A DNA stretch of 64,000 nt from Lama guanicoe (Eukaryota), in NCBI GenBank assembly GCA_013239625.1, contig MU056434.1, positions 496,001 to 560,000 of the forward strand, in the 5' to 3' direction. A model generated the notes under the pieces. The model was not told the DNA's origin, did no database searches, and saw only the letters and a program-made list of their open reading frames with translations. Numbering within the stretch: the first letter of the stretch is position 1; the number at the start of each line of letters is the position of its first letter. Positions 25,544-38,988 of the stretch are shown one piece after another. The position numbers and the translations under genes are program-made.

Positions 25544-27196
25544 CTAGGGGAGGCAGAGAGGCGTGGCACTGTGCCGGGGCAGGCAGGGCCCAGAGCCCTG
25601 GACACCAGCTCCCCAACTGTCCACCCTGTTCTGCCCAGTGCTGACTGGAGACACTGGGGAGGTCACATACCCTCGCTAGGCATCTACAGCCTCACGTGGC
25701 TGCGAATCAGGGAGACCGTGGAGCCGCCAGGAAAACACCTGCGGCAGATCTGGTGCTGAACAACAGCAACAGACACACACTGAACTGAAATGACGACACT
25801 CAAAGTTCTAACGTAAAGCTCTTAACTCAAGCTACAGACCCCAAACTCGTCTGGGAACCAGACCTTGAAGCCCAGAGCCAGCTTTCATTGCTCCTGCCTG
25901 TGCCGTCAGTCCGCGTGGTTGGAGGTCTCTATGGGGCCAACAGTCCCCAAAAGCGAGGAAAGGCCTGGTGCAAAGACCTGGGGGGGGTCTTTCTCTGCCT
26001 CTGCTTTCCCCCAACACATCCTGACTCCTCCCTCCATCCCCCCAGGTCTCAGGAGTCCTGGGCCACAAGCCAGACCCCGCGTGGGCAGGAACGGGGCCCC
26101 AGCACGCAGAACAGCCCCTATGACGAGGGGCAGACTTGCTCAGGATGTCAGATGACTGATGCAGAGGGGTGAGCAGGACGACTGCCTTGCAGGAAGGATG
26201 CTGGGTGAGGAGAACTGGGACCTGGCCCCCTGGAGTCTTGAGCCAGAATTTGCTCCTCAAACACAGGGCCCCTGCCTCTACCTGCTCCCGCACAGGACCC
26301 CCCCAACCCCGTGACTCTAAGCAGGGAGCGGGCTCGGCACTCCTAGGACACCTGATGACACTGACAGGCGGGGATAAAACCTGAGGCTGCGGACACACTC
26401 ATCCCTTAGGTCAATGGACAAACGACTGTGAGGTACCAGGATGTCCAGGGGCCGGAGCAAGGCAGGCCCCACCCCTGAGGGTGCACATCATTGTGGGATG
26501 GTCCCCACACAGCCTATGTGGAAGCTTCACCAAGGGCAGGGTGGCTGGCCTGCTCTGGGCTTTCCAACACGAATGCATCCTTCGGCGTATGGGTGACGGC
26601 CTATCTGCAGGCTGGCTGGCATCCGCCCAAGGGAGGTGACACAGCGCCTCCACCAGGGCCTGGAGGATGGGCCCGGGCCACTCCATCTGGGCACAGCACA
26701 GTGCAGAGGCGGCCTGGCCCAGAGGCTGCGAGTGGTTCATGCTTTTGTTCTCAGACCCTCTGAGTCACCATGGCCTCAGCAAAGGGAGGGCCGGACTGTT
26801 TCCCGAGGCTGTTACTTCCTCAGTGAAACAGGGTAGCCCTGCCCTGAAGTGTTCTTTATCAGTTCAGTGAAATCCTATGTGCAAATGCACGGCCAGGGTC
26901 TGGCCTAGGCAACGTTGTCGGGACAGGATGGCAGGATGAGAGTGGGGACCCCAGTGTGGCTGAGCAGCAGCTCAGGAGAGGCCCAGGGTTCTATTCTTAA
27001 GTCTAGGACTGGTTTCTGACCAGAACAGAGCCTCACTTTAAATTAATCTATCTTGTGGAGAAGATCAAGGATTATCACAGATGAGAGGCAGATGCGGGAA
27101 CATTTCAGGAAACGTGTCTGTGGGTCGTGAGAGGCATCCTCTCAGGACGCGTGCAGCACGCAGGCCAGAGCTGGGGTGGGGGCGCTGCCTTCCTAC

Positions 27197-27302
27197 CTTC
27201 TCCTCCTCGCTCAGGGGGTCTCCCAGCTCGTCCTGGGAGAAATCCAGGAATGCCACGGAGCCATCCATAGAGCACACCAGGATGCCTAGCCCATTCAGCG
27301 TC
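27197..27302 (-). CDS. HIRA: HIRA exon 11 (TLNGLGILVCSMDGSVAFLDFSQDELGDPLSEEEK)
   Basis: tttcag acceptor, gtagga donor, 106 nt. Confidence 0.97.
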
Positions 27303-27883
27303 CTGAAAGAGACGGCCATCAGCGGCCGGGCTCCAGCCCCGCAACATGCGGAGGATGGATGCAGAGCTGGGGAGGAAGTGTGGGGGCAGGGGGGGGGGAT
27401 GTCCCGTCCAGAGAGCTCTGGGGCCTTCAGTTCTCAGCACACGTACAAAGTATCTCTCATCATGTGTTTCCAAAGAGTTTCCATTTTATTTGTCTCATTT
27501 TTGAAACTGTGTTTTAGAAAACATGAGGGAGTGCACGTCCGAATGAGACTGCTGAGAAGCACACAGTGGTCTCTACACCTGCACTGCTCTGATCTGTGCA
27601 GCGACAGTGAAGTGGGACCAGGGCCACGGCGCTCCACCCCCACCCCCAGACAAGTACCAGTCTGTCTGGGCAGCTGTTTCCAGCGGCACATCCCAGTGAG
27701 GCCGGGAGCACAGGAGCTGGCCAGCCGCCCTCCTGAGTCACTGCAGACCGCACATGGGGTCTGCTCTGGTGGCGCACCCGGGGGCCCTGGCTGCCTGGCC
27801 CTGACCGCATCCCAGAGGCCCTGAGTGCTGGCACGTGGCTCCTCCTTTCCCAGACCGTGCACTGCAACAAGGACCCAGCTTAC

Positions 27884-27954
27884 CAGGAAATGTCCATGAT
27901 GGACTTGTCAAACAGCTCGTGGATGACAACCAAAGGCCGTTTCAGACACGTGAG
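27884..27954 (-). CDS. HIRA: HIRA exon 10 (LTCLKRPLVVIHELFDKSIMDISW)
   Basis: ttccag acceptor, gtaagc donor, 71 nt. Confidence 0.97.
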
Positions 27955-28899
27955 CTGGAAGGAAAGCGGCGGCAAAGGTGATCGAAACGAAGGCAGCCCT
28001 CCGCGTCCACTCGGCTCCCTTAAACCCTGGACCCAGGGACCCTGGATGGAGCTCTGTCGACACAAAGGACAGCCTCAACTCTACTCCGGCAGCCAATGCC
28101 CAGACCCAGTCCGGACGTGTGTGCTGGCAGGGGACATGGCTGTACACACATGACCAGCAACAGAGAAGAGGGTCTACAGAGCAGGGGTGGGATGCCAAGC
28201 CCTGGGCAGGGGATGAGGCAGCAAAGGACGCTCCCTCAGAGGGAACTCAGCACCCCTTCCAGGCTGAATTCGGGTACACACACATCCCAGGCTCAGTGGA
28301 ACCAGCTTCCTGCATTACACAGGTCCCTTCTGCAAAGGCTGTGTGCAGACAGTTCACAAAACCAATTTAAGCTGTCCTGATCCAGACTCCAAACTAACCA
28401 CCATTAACATTCTGATGACTTACACAAATGTCTCTCACACACTAGTGTCTGCTCACCCCACTGACAGGTCCTGGGCCACATGACAGCAGGCTTGGGGTGG
28501 GGGGGATGCTTGTGAAGGGCTCCCAGCAGGTGCTATGGAAGCTTCTGGAAGGCTGGTGCAGGGAAGGAGCTGCAGCCACCCTAGCCCTGAGGAAAGAGCT
28601 GGAGTCTGAGCCGCCTGGAACCCACAAGACGCTTGCCCTACTGTAGTTCCACTTCTGGGAAAAACCTGCCCTGCCCCCGGTCCCACAGACGTGCCTGCAG
28701 ACCGCTCAGAAGCCCAGAACCCCCATGAACACCTGACATCGATCAGTGACATGTGGTCGAAGCACCAAGGATGGCCCAGGCCTGGAGGAGTCCAGGAGGA
28801 AGGTGCCTAGGCTGCTGGTGGCATGCCGGGCCCAGGGCCTAGAACGGGGCCACATGATTTCTCCGTGACAAACAACTGTCATAAATGCAGCTACAGGAT

Positions 28900-29230
28900 A
28901 ACTTTCAAATCTACAACTTTAAACCCACTCTGCTTGAAGGGAATGAACAACAGGGAATAAACCATCATTAAAGACAGCGGCATACACAAATTCTAGCCAC
29001 ATTATACCAAGTGAGAGTGACCCAAGACGCAAAAAGTAACAATGTAACTCCACTCATGTGAAGTTCAGAAATAGGTGCCGTCAAGGTGGCTGGGGCAGGG
29101 TCCTGTGGTGGGTGGGGGGCAGCTCCGGAGGAGCACACACATCTGACGATGAAGGCACAGAGCTGTACACCTCAGGGGACATGTTACGTAGGTTACCCGC
29201 TGACACACAGGTTCTTTCAAAAGAAAGCTG
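28900..29230 (+). mobile_element. Degenerate L1 3'UTR fragment
   Basis: ccaagtgagagtgacccaagacgcaaaaag...tccactcatgtgaagttcagaaataggt, cacagagctgtacacctcag. Confidence 0.5.
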
Positions 29231-29500
29231 ACACAATGCGCTACCCATAGCCCTGACCACTGGAGGGTTCCCTGGGTCTGGACACCAGAGCTGTTCTGGT
29301 CGGGGGTCAGGGTGGCCCCTCCTGGCCCGCCCAGTCTTCAGTGCTTCCCTCTGGGGTTACAGGAGGGCAGCACCAGGTGCAGGGCAGAAGCAGCCACTGA
29401 TCACCATTCAAAGCAGGGTCTCTCCTCTCCCAAGGCTCCAGGTCCTGCCCCCACAAGAGCTGCGGAAGTGCTCGGAAGGGGACGCTCAGCAGGGCCTCAC

Positions 29501-29614
29501 CCAGACAGACAGTGAACGGTCCTTGCTGCCCACAGCACAGCAGCAGTACGGACAGCTGGGCTTTGCGGAGCTCCCGTTCTTCTGCTTCTTCTTGAAGATT
29601 TTTGGGTTGAATTT
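29501..29614 (-). CDS. HIRA: HIRA exon 9 (KFNPKIFKKKQKNGSSAKPSCPYCCCAVGSKDRSLSVW)
   Basis: ttttag acceptor, gtgagg donor, 114 nt. Confidence 0.97.
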
Positions 29615-31187
29615 CTAAAACCAAATAACAAAAGTTAGTAACGAATGAAGCGTCAAGCAGGTAACCCACGCCAAATACGAGGCACCCTGCAGTCCCAGCC
29701 CACCAGGGAGCCCCGCCAGACACTGGCCAGCCCTGGACGCCCGCATGGTTATGGCATCTTCACAACTACCTAGCGGGCATTGTGCTGAGGATGAAATGGA
29801 GGCTTAAGAGGCCAGGAAATGTGCACCAATGAGTCCCCAAGAGTAAGTGGTGAGGCCTGGATCAGAGGCCGGCTTGACCAGCTGTGTGGTCCCCCTGCAG
29901 CCAGGTCCACGCACGGGAACTGCTGACCCCGGCCTCTGAACCCTCCTGGTTCCACAGGACCAGCTCCAGGAGCCAGGCTTTAGGAACACGGTCTCCTGAC
30001 AGGAGAGACTGTCTCTGTCTGCCCCTCCCTGTTCACAGTCAAAAGTGTGAGCCCTGCAGGACCTCACTGAGTCAGGCTAAGGCCATGCCACGGGGCTACC
30101 CCCATGTAACCCAAGTGTCACTTCCGCGAAGGCTGGGAACACGTGCTGGGCTGAAAGGGGCAGGAGGAGCGGCAGATTCAGGTCAGGAATCCGCAGGCCA
30201 GACCAACAAGGAGGAGCCTGGTGCAGGTGGCCCAGAGGGACCTGATCCCAGTGAGCAGGCAGGAAGGGCCAGGGTTGCACGGGGCTGGGAGGACAGGAAC
30301 CAGAGGCGTGCAAGGCCCTGGGGCTGTGAGGCTCACATGGGGCACGCAGGAACACTGTGCTGACCATGAAGCAGGGTTTCAATTGTTTTAGCAACAAGGT
30401 CCAGGGTTGCAACAAAATCCTCCCAAGTCCAACAGGAAAAGATTAAAGTAGCAATGTTGTATGAAATTTACATTTTAAGTTACAATAGCTGATGATATAT
30501 GTTATCAGTACAGGTGATGGAAAGACAAGCCCATCTGGTGATGAAACCCTGAGATCAGGGTCCTGGGTGACCCTTCATCTGGGTCCACCTTGGCCGCCGA
30601 TCCATTCACTTGTTCAGTCGCTCACAGCTGGGAAAGTCCTGGCTCTCAGGACATTTCCATCAGGGCCCCAAAGGCACGGGGGTGGGGGACACACACACAA
30701 TCCTGAACTTGGGGCTCTGCTCCCTCCATGTCAAGATCAGGGGCTGAGGGTGAGGGGTGAGCACCCAGTGAGCCCAGCATGGCCTGGGAGCTCCGCCGGA
30801 GCCTGGTGGGTGGGCACCTGTCAGGGCCACAGGCTCGCGCCCCCCTGAGCAGACCCGAATGTGGGGAAAGGCTGGCGCAGGCTGACGACATTCCCGATCA
30901 AAGTCCAATGTGGGATGTCCCACATGGTCAGTAAACTATCAGCACGATATTTATCATGTTCACCTGCCAACAGAACATGCAGATGTGCATCTTTTCCTGC
31001 AGAATAAGCTTTAAAATGCTGAAACATTAAGTAAAACACAGTAAGGATGCAACATGTGCTGCATCTGAGGGGCCACCACCTCAGCCCCACCTGTGGCCCT
31101 GGCTCTGGGAGCACAGCACTGTCCTGACTGAGGGGCCACAGCAGGCGGGGCTGACAGTGCCTCCCTGAGGCCCAGCCACTCACTCAC

Positions 31188-31355
31188 CACGACGGTCACA
31201 GCTTTCCGGTGCCCGACGAAGTCCATGTTGGTCTTCCAGCCCTCCCGCTCAATGATCTGGGCAGTGGGGCCAGAGTTGTTCATGGCGTGTGCGGATACCA
31301 GGTAATGCCCGTCAGGTGACCAGCTGAGCCGCAACACGTGGGTCGTCCCTCCACA
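31188..31355 (-). CDS. HIRA: HIRA exon 8 (CGGTTHVLRLSWSPDGHYLVSAHAMNNSGPTAQIIEREGWKTNMDFVGHRKAVTVV)
   Basis: tttcag acceptor, gtgagt donor, 168 nt. Confidence 0.97.
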
Positions 31356-32701
31356 CTGAAAGAGATGTCTGTGCTTGAAAGGAGCTCAAGGCCAACTCTG
31401 TGGCAGGACTGGCCCCAAGAATCAGGCTGAACTCTGACCTACAAACGTACACTGGTGGCCTGTACCCCAGCTTCTGGCTGTACTCCGGCCTCTCTGGAAG
31501 ATCTGCCAGAAAGGCCATCAGAGAGCTAGGAGGGGCAGCGTTCCACCCCCTCGACACGGTGCCTGGGCCCTCAGGACGGCCACCACCTTGCACCGTCAAC
31601 AAGTGTGGCCAGGCTCTGAGCATGGCCCCTTCTTCTGCCCCACGCCTGTTAACTCTATGCGAGGTCAGCAGAGCCCTCACTGCAGTGGAGACAGAGCCCT
31701 GCTGACTGTCAGAAGCCTGGTCAGGAGACTGTCTGCGACACAGCCAGTGACCACGGGGCCACATCTGCTCTCCCGAAGCCCACCAGCCAAGAAGGGGTTT
31801 GTAAATTTCATATAAACCATAAACGGCACAGCAGACAGGCAATGTTCCCCCGACCCGGGCAGAGGCAGGGCATCCTTTCACATTATTCCTCCTGCGAAGT
31901 GAGATGACGGTGGCTAAAGCCACCTCTTGAAGCTCAGGGTCAGTGCAGGGCAGCCCTAGAGACTCAGGAATTAAGATCTAGGCTGCACATCCCTAGAGGA
32001 AGGCCGGGCAAGGCAGGGGCTGAGTGCAGCACCCCACAGGCCCATCCCAGAGACGCACAAGGCCCACGGTGAGCAGGACTAAGCCACCGTGCTCAGGTCT
32101 ACCCTTCCTACAAAATCTCGTGCTCACACCTCATCCTCTGAGGGGCCTTTCCTGAGAGACCATCCTCCCAGCCACTTCTGCACACTCTGGGTAACTCCAT
32201 CCCAGTCCGCAAGAATCTGCGGTGCTCAGGATGGCCCCACGCAGAGGAGGCACTTACGGGATATCTACTGGATAACAGCGACCCTGATCTATGATCCCAC
32301 AGGCAATCAGAACTCAAGTCAGGGAAGAGACAATAAGATACTATACAAGCCACCACAGTCCCACCTCCAGACATCCTGATAACCAGACTGCTAAGTCCCC
32401 CTGAGGAAGCTGGCCAGCCTGTGGAGCAGAGGGCAGCAAGCCCAGCCCAGAGTACTCGGGGAAGACGCAAGAGCCTCATCCACCTGCAGTGCCCCCGCCC
32501 TGCGGGGCAGTGTGATGTAAACACTTTAGCTTTAAGACCTACAATCCTTTTCACTTCAAAGGTGAACATTTAACAGCTTGTGAGAAGTGAAAGGTTCCCA
32601 TCACCTGACTCTTGGGGCCCCAGACTCTGGGCTCCCCCAAGGTCTGGACCCTGAGCAGCCCCCGCCCTGGCGTGAGGAGGCCAAGAGGGTTGCCTTGTTA
32701 C

Positions 32702-32862
32702 CTCGTCGAAGGGCTTGGTGATGCTGGTCTCCAGCTGCCAGTCCAATGTCCTCCACACCTTCAGGCTGCGGTCATCAGCTTGGGAGGCGATGTATTTACC
32801 GACAGGGTCCCAAGTCAACCCCTTCACCAAGCCAGAATGACCTCTCAGAGTAGCTAGAATTT
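32702..32862 (-). CDS. HIRA: HIRA exon 7 ([54 protein letters not shown])
   Basis: cacag acceptor, gtaaca donor, 161 nt. Confidence 0.97.
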
Positions 32863-33858
32863 CTGTGAGGGAAAAATAAAAGGTTGGAAAGGCGTAACCA
32901 AAGGGAAAACGATGATTCTCTACAGAAACCTGGGCCGGGGAATGGTCAGTCCAGAGAGGGGACTTCGGCAGGTCCCGCCCCTGGGAACTGGCAGGAGCGC
33001 CCCCTAGTCTGACTCCCATCCAGGAGGCGGGCACCATAGACGTCCCTTCAGACACAGCTCACGCTTATAGGCTGAGGCCTCATGTGCCCCCAGAGGGCGG
33101 ACAACCAGGGCTGGGTTGGGGCTGGGCAGAGATGTGCCCGTCTCGTCCGCAGCTGGCAGTCCCACCAGGGCTCTCCTCTTCTGTACAGGGCCCGTACCCA
33201 TCTGAGCACTGCTGATGGGAGCCCCCCAGCAGCTCCCCTGATAAGGAGCAGGCCTGACGGCTGGGGATGGGCCTATACTGAGTGAGTCCCCTGGTCCTCA
33301 TCACTGAGATCGAAGGTGTGGGAGACAGGCAGGCTCAGCGCCGTGATCTGAATGCTACTCCAGCCTCTGTCCTGGGCTGAGCCCCCACAAGCAGTGGGCT
33401 TGTAGAGAAAGTGACTAGGGCCTAAGCCCCTGGGAACACACTCTAGACACCAACCAGGGACACAAGGCATCCCACTGGCCACAAACTGCAGTGCTATCCC
33501 GGTTATGCCATCTGCAGTGATCGAACACATCGATAGAAATATCAGTCTTCGTGAAACTGAAATTTGTTATCCTGTATCCGCTCAAGGGCTGCACCGAGCC
33601 CAGGGGTGGGAGGGTGGGAGCCAGTGAGCCACACAGGGACTGGGCAGGAACCCCCTGCCCTGTGGCAGGTCCGTGCAAGCAGGCAGTTACTGTTTCCCTG
33701 TAACATCAATCTCTTTTTAAACCTTGAATGTAACTGATAAATTAGAACCAAGTGACTGTGAGACTCTGCTGCTACTGGCAGACGGAGGTGGAGCCCCCTC
33801 CACTCCAGACACCATCAGGCAGTGCTGCGGACAGGCCGCCAGTCAGAGGAGGCCAGAC

Positions 33859-33954
33859 CTGGGAACTTGACAGCATTCCAGATGACGACGGTGTTGTCCA
33901 CGCTGCACGAGGCCAGCCAGGCGTCATGGGGCGACCACGCTACGTCCATCACGT
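33859..33954 (-). CDS. HIRA: HIRA exon 6 (DVMDVAWSPHDAWLASCSVDNTVVIWNAVKFP)
   Basis: ttccag acceptor, weak gtctgg donor, 96 nt, WD40 motif. Confidence 0.96.
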
Positions 33955-36329
33955 CTGGAAGACAAGGGCTGGCAGTGAGTCTCTTATCGGGCCCACAGAC
34001 TCAGGAAGGGGCCCTGGGGACCACCCTGTCCACCAGCGGGCTCAGTAGCCCGCGGCTTCTCACTGCTGAGGAGACTCAACCTGGGCCCATCCTCACTGGA
34101 CTTTACGAACCAACCTGAGAAACTTCCCCCTAGGTTCTTCCTCTGGCCACAGAACCTACAGCACCCCGTGGCCTCCGCCCGCTGTGGGAGCCCACCCACA
34201 CCCACCGGGTTTTCAGCCCTGAACCACTAAGCTGGCTTCTCCGCTCCCAACCGGGATGTCCCCAGGGGGCGTCAGGCACCTGGCAGGACACCTGGCACAC
34301 GTCAGAGCTCAGCAGCCCGGCCTGCTTCAAGAGGGACCCGCCCCCCGTGGCCCAGTCCCCGAGGCTCCATCCCTGCGGCCCCCCACACGACTCATCGCGC
34401 TCCTGTCTGACTCGCTTTTAAGTCTGCAAAACATGGAACAGAAACCACCAGCCCCTAAGGGTTACCCTGAGGATGAGACAAAGACATGGCAATACACAGC
34501 AGGGCGGTGACACAGGCCAGCTGTGCCCACCTCGCCGGGCGCGGGAGATGGCGGGGTGGTGAGGGAATGCCCAGCAGGGAGTCAGGGGCTGGCTAGTCCT
34601 TCTCTCAGAGGACTTTACATCTTCGGAGGCAGCCTGGCGACAGCCCGTCACGCAGGCTCTGACTGCGTACCATGTCCGGGGATCAGGGCCCACCTCCACA
34701 CCCGGCCTGGCTCTGCAGAGGGCTGGGCCTGGGGCCTCAGACTAGGAGCGCACCCTGGAGTCCTCTCTGAGGCCAATCACGCACAGCAGGAATCGGGGTG
34801 GAGCACTGGATCAACTTCTGGCTCCTGAGTCTAGCTCCTCTCAATGCCACAGATGGCTTCACCAAGACCCTGTGACCTCCTGCTGTCATCAGCAGAACGT
34901 CCGTTTCAAACCTCCCTTATTAGCTGGAGGATTCTGATTTCCCCTTCTCACTTATTAAGCACACTTTTATATTTTAAATTTTACTTTAACTTGCAGCAGA
35001 AGTGCAGACTTTTTACTTCTGTGTCTGAGGTCGTCTCTGTGGACAACCCCTGCTCCTACCCTCTGCTGGGAGGTCTTCTGTGCCAGCGGCTCTGATGTAA
35101 ATGCAGCGTCCACAAAGGGAGGCCTGAGAGCTGGGAGGGCAGATGCGCACCCCGCGGCATCTCCCTGCGGTCCTGCTCTGCGGTGCCTCCAGAAAGGCCT
35201 CCGGGTGAGACTTAGAACGCTTCTCTAATGTCTAGAGTCCACTGTGCTGTCTTCAGCTGAGGCTCGAGGTCACTGTCCTCGAGGTCACCAAGAGCTGCTT
35301 GCTACCTCATGCGGGGAGCGACCCTCTCCCGACATCACCGACCATCAATGTGGCCTTCATGACACGCCAGGTGCTCAGGTGCACTGAAGCCTACTTCGAC
35401 GTGGTTGCCTCTGCCCAGCACTGAAGTTCTTCCAGGTCCCTGCTCATTCTTCCAGACGCCCTCTGGAGTCGTGCTGAGTCGTGCGGCAGACCCACTCACG
35501 TGACACGACTTCCTCCAGAACCCCAGGTTTGGAGCGTCTGTCTTCAGACCACCCCAGCCCTCTTCTCACCATGGCTCTGCACACACCTGGACCCTCCCTG
35601 CACTCAATTTACGTTTCTGGTCACTGACGTTCCTGCCAACTCTCCACTACCATTCTGGGTGAGTCCAAGCAGATGGTCTTCTAACACCCTGACCTCCTCC
35701 ACCAGCTCCCGTGACCTTGGTTTCCATGGCCACGGCTACTCGTTCCCCTGGTCATGCCCAGAGACCATCCCTGAAAGGTCACCATGACCCGGCCTGGCCT
35801 CATTCCCGCGTCCCACGCCCCCCACCAGCTCGGTGGCTCTGGCCCACTCTCTGACAGGTCTTCTGGGTGCAGCAGCCTCTCCATTGCAGACACCGCTTGG
35901 AGCTGGGCGTCCACCACCCACTGTGGGCCTCCCCGTCACCCTCCTGTCCTCATAAGCCCCTGACAAGACCAGCTGCCTCCGCCCAGCCCCACCCCACCTG
36001 GTCTCCCCTGGCTCCTCCCCTCAGGCCTTCACCTGATAGCACGGGCATGAGCTACATCTGCTGGGGCTGCTGCTGGCCGTCAAGCCCAGTGCTCAGTCCT
36101 GGCCTCAAAGCAACAAATACCTGCAGTTTGCTCTCTTCTGACTCAGGCTCCACCCTAGGCCTCTGCTCCCACCCACACTTCTCCCCTGATTCAGTGCCCA
36201 CATACCCAAATGCCCAGCTACTAGGCCCACTCACCCAGCAGCCCCTCCGTGAGGCCACACCCCGCCTCGCAGGACGGCACCCACACCCCTTCCACCGCTA
36301 AGGCCACAGTCCGGAGTCGTCCCTCAACC

Positions 36330-36612
36330 CACCAAGCACGTGTGTACACCCCAGGGCTGTTACCCTGGTTGCTCCCTCCTCCTGGAAAGCTCTCTGGATG
36401 CCCACACAGGTGTCCCCTCACCTTCGTGTGGTCTCCCCTAGGAAGCCACCTTCTCAGTGAGACCCTCCTTGGAATCTGAGTAAAACTGCACTTATCTTCC
36501 AGGGTCTTTCGTGGCTTGTTGACTGTCTCTCTCACAAGAATGTGAACTCCCTGGGGGTGGAACAGCACCTGGAATATACCAGGCACTCAATAATTATTTG
36601 TTAAATGAATAA
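36330..36612 (+). mobile_element. L2 3' end
   Basis: gaatgtgaactccctgggggtggaacagcacctggaatataccaggcactcaataattatttgttaaatgaat. Confidence 0.7.
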
Positions 36613-36614
36613 TA

Positions 36615-37900
36615 AATATTACTTTGGGAAAAAATAACATCTTTATTTTAAAAATATTTAGTCTTTCCACTGATGAAGTGGTCATTTCATTTCTCAAAAA
36701 AGATTTGCGGCTTAAGTCTCAGACCTCTCACACATTTCTTGGGAAAATTATTCCTGAGTATTTATGATTTTTGATCCTACTGTGTGAGGGGTCTCTTTTT
36801 ATCATCAGCTACTCCATCCAACTGGCTGTTACTAGTGAAAGACAATTAAAAATCTCCTTAGATGAGGCCAGTTCCATGACTCATCTTTATGAGCCCGAAG
36901 TGTTTTTCGATGGTTTCTAAGCTGTAAGGGCTTCACTCCTCGGGCTTCCCTGATGTGCAACGCCGCCATCCTCACACCAGCTCACAGTGGGGTTATCCTG
37001 CAGTCTGTCTCCTTCTTCTGGTTCTGTTTAGCTGGACTGCATAACTTCCCGAGTAATACACAGAGTGCTAGCGCCCACACCTGGCTCTGCTCTGTGTCAG
37101 TGGGAACAGGCCATGAGCTGTAACACCTGCCCCAGGCTGACTCTTATGATGTGAAGGAACCAGCTTTCTACAGCCATTTTTAAAAAGCATTTGTATTGGG
37201 AATTGATGCTGAATGATCTAATACTCCTTTCAGAACACCTCCCAGGATAACTCTGGCATCTCTCACTTAACCTCCTGGTGTGCTAAGACAGTTAAAAGAG
37301 AACGTTACACAGAATTCTCCCATTGTAAATCACATTTAGTCAAAATAAGTGACTGCTTTAAAATGCTCCTAAATTCACAAGTATTCTGTTTGTGATTTCT
37401 CTAGCTTTATTCATATTTGTCTATGCTTTTGTCTCATTATTGTTTATTAGGTTTTGGAAATGCAGGGTAATAGCTTCCTTTGAAGAACAAATATTTCTAT
37501 GTTCCAGGACAGTTTTTCTTAATTGTTTGAAACAACACATCGACAAATAACTCAGGATCAGGAGCCATTTCTGAAGGTAACTTCCAGCTTCTTCAATAGT
37601 TTCTACTTTGTTCAGATTTTCCTAACCCTACTGTATCCATTTTGAAAACAAGTGTTTTTTAGAAAACTCCATTCCTCTTAGTATTTTGTTTGGTTTTTCA
37701 GTCCAATACTATAAACATCACATTGTGCTCTCTTTGTTGTCTTTTTTCCCTGTGGGTTAAGTATGTTTTTAGACCTTTTATTTCTAATTTTTTCTATGGT
37801 TTTTTTTCTCCTATCCCGATTAAATGTGCGAAGTATATGTTTTTCACACTTAACTTTCAAAGACCAATGCTTTCTATTCATGTATTTCTGCTTTTTCACG
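36615..37900 (-). mobile_element. Highly diverged old L1 ORF2 relic
   Basis: T-rich antisense L1-like block (ttattcctgagtatttatgattttt, tgtgtcagtgggaac). Confidence 0.5.
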
Positions 37901-38988
37901 GATTTTCTTTTTTCCTTCTTAAATGGTTCTGCCCACACCTGCTACCAGGACCATGCAAAGGAGTGGCAGGTACCTGCTGAAGGTGGGCAGCCCCGCCGCC
38001 TGGGAGAGGAGCCCGGGGGGTAGCTCAGGAGAGGTTCGAGGTCATGGCTCAGCCAGGGTCTCAGGTCAGAGGCCCTAGGAGCATCCTCATGGGAGCCCCG
38101 CCCTACGCTTGGATGACCTCACAGACCCTTGTCCGCACTCCAGGGAGGCTCATCTAGGACCCCACTATGAGCCCTGTGGGCAGGTAAGGGTAAGCCACAT
38201 GTCTGTACCACCAGCTCTGCAGGGTGGCACCTGCTCTGCCCTACGAAGCCCCAGTCTCCCGCCCCAGCTGTCAAAGGCCCAGCTTGGGCCCTTGCAGCTT
38301 TCGTCCAAACCACTGAAACTGCTTACCCTGCTGCACTGCCAGCAGATGCCCCGCTTCCACCTCCTGCCTCTTCCCAGATGAAGAACACCCTCGTGAACCA
38401 GCAGCTCAAGCCTTCCCCACCCTGGCCCCATGTTCGCTGTCTTGCACGTCACATGGCAAGACCCAGCAGTGCTGATGCCGCCAACCTGCTCTGACACCAA
38501 GCCTCTCTGGCCTCTGCTGCCCTGCCTGGCAAACCCTTCTGGCCACTCCTGGCTGGACCGTGGGCTCTCTGAGGCAGCCCTGGCATCTAACTGAGCGCTA
38601 TCAGCTTCAGTCCCGTCTGAACAACCGTCTCCTTCCACACCAAATCTACTTCAAACACTCTGCATACACATGCAAAGTCAGGTAAAAAGCCTTCTGGTGG
38701 CCCCAGTGTGCGGGTTTCTGTGGAATAAATAAAGTGCGCTTACGGACTGAGTGATCCACTGATGGAGGTAGTGACTCAGTTCATCAGGATAAACAGCGGA
38801 ACGTGGGGAGTTCTACATTAAAGATACAAACATACACCCCATGAAGGCAGGAGTGGGGACGGTGACTACACGGACTTCGAGGGATGGCAAGGTCTGACCG
38901 ACGGTGATGGGGAGGGTGGCCCAAGCTCAGGGCTGTTCTCAGGACCCAGGCAGTCCTGGGGCCGCCCACCCCTGGACCGCCCACTCAC

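Noticed and set aside
33853-33860. Weak donors gtctgg (exon 6) and gtactg (exon 13) as possible U12 introns
   Set aside because: Neither matches the U12 consensus GTATCCTT; they are ordinary weak U2 donors
38015-38045. tRNA/SINE-like boxes TAGCTCAG...GGTTCGAG
   Set aside because: A and B boxes only a few nt apart, no cloverleaf, tail or TSD; probably chance
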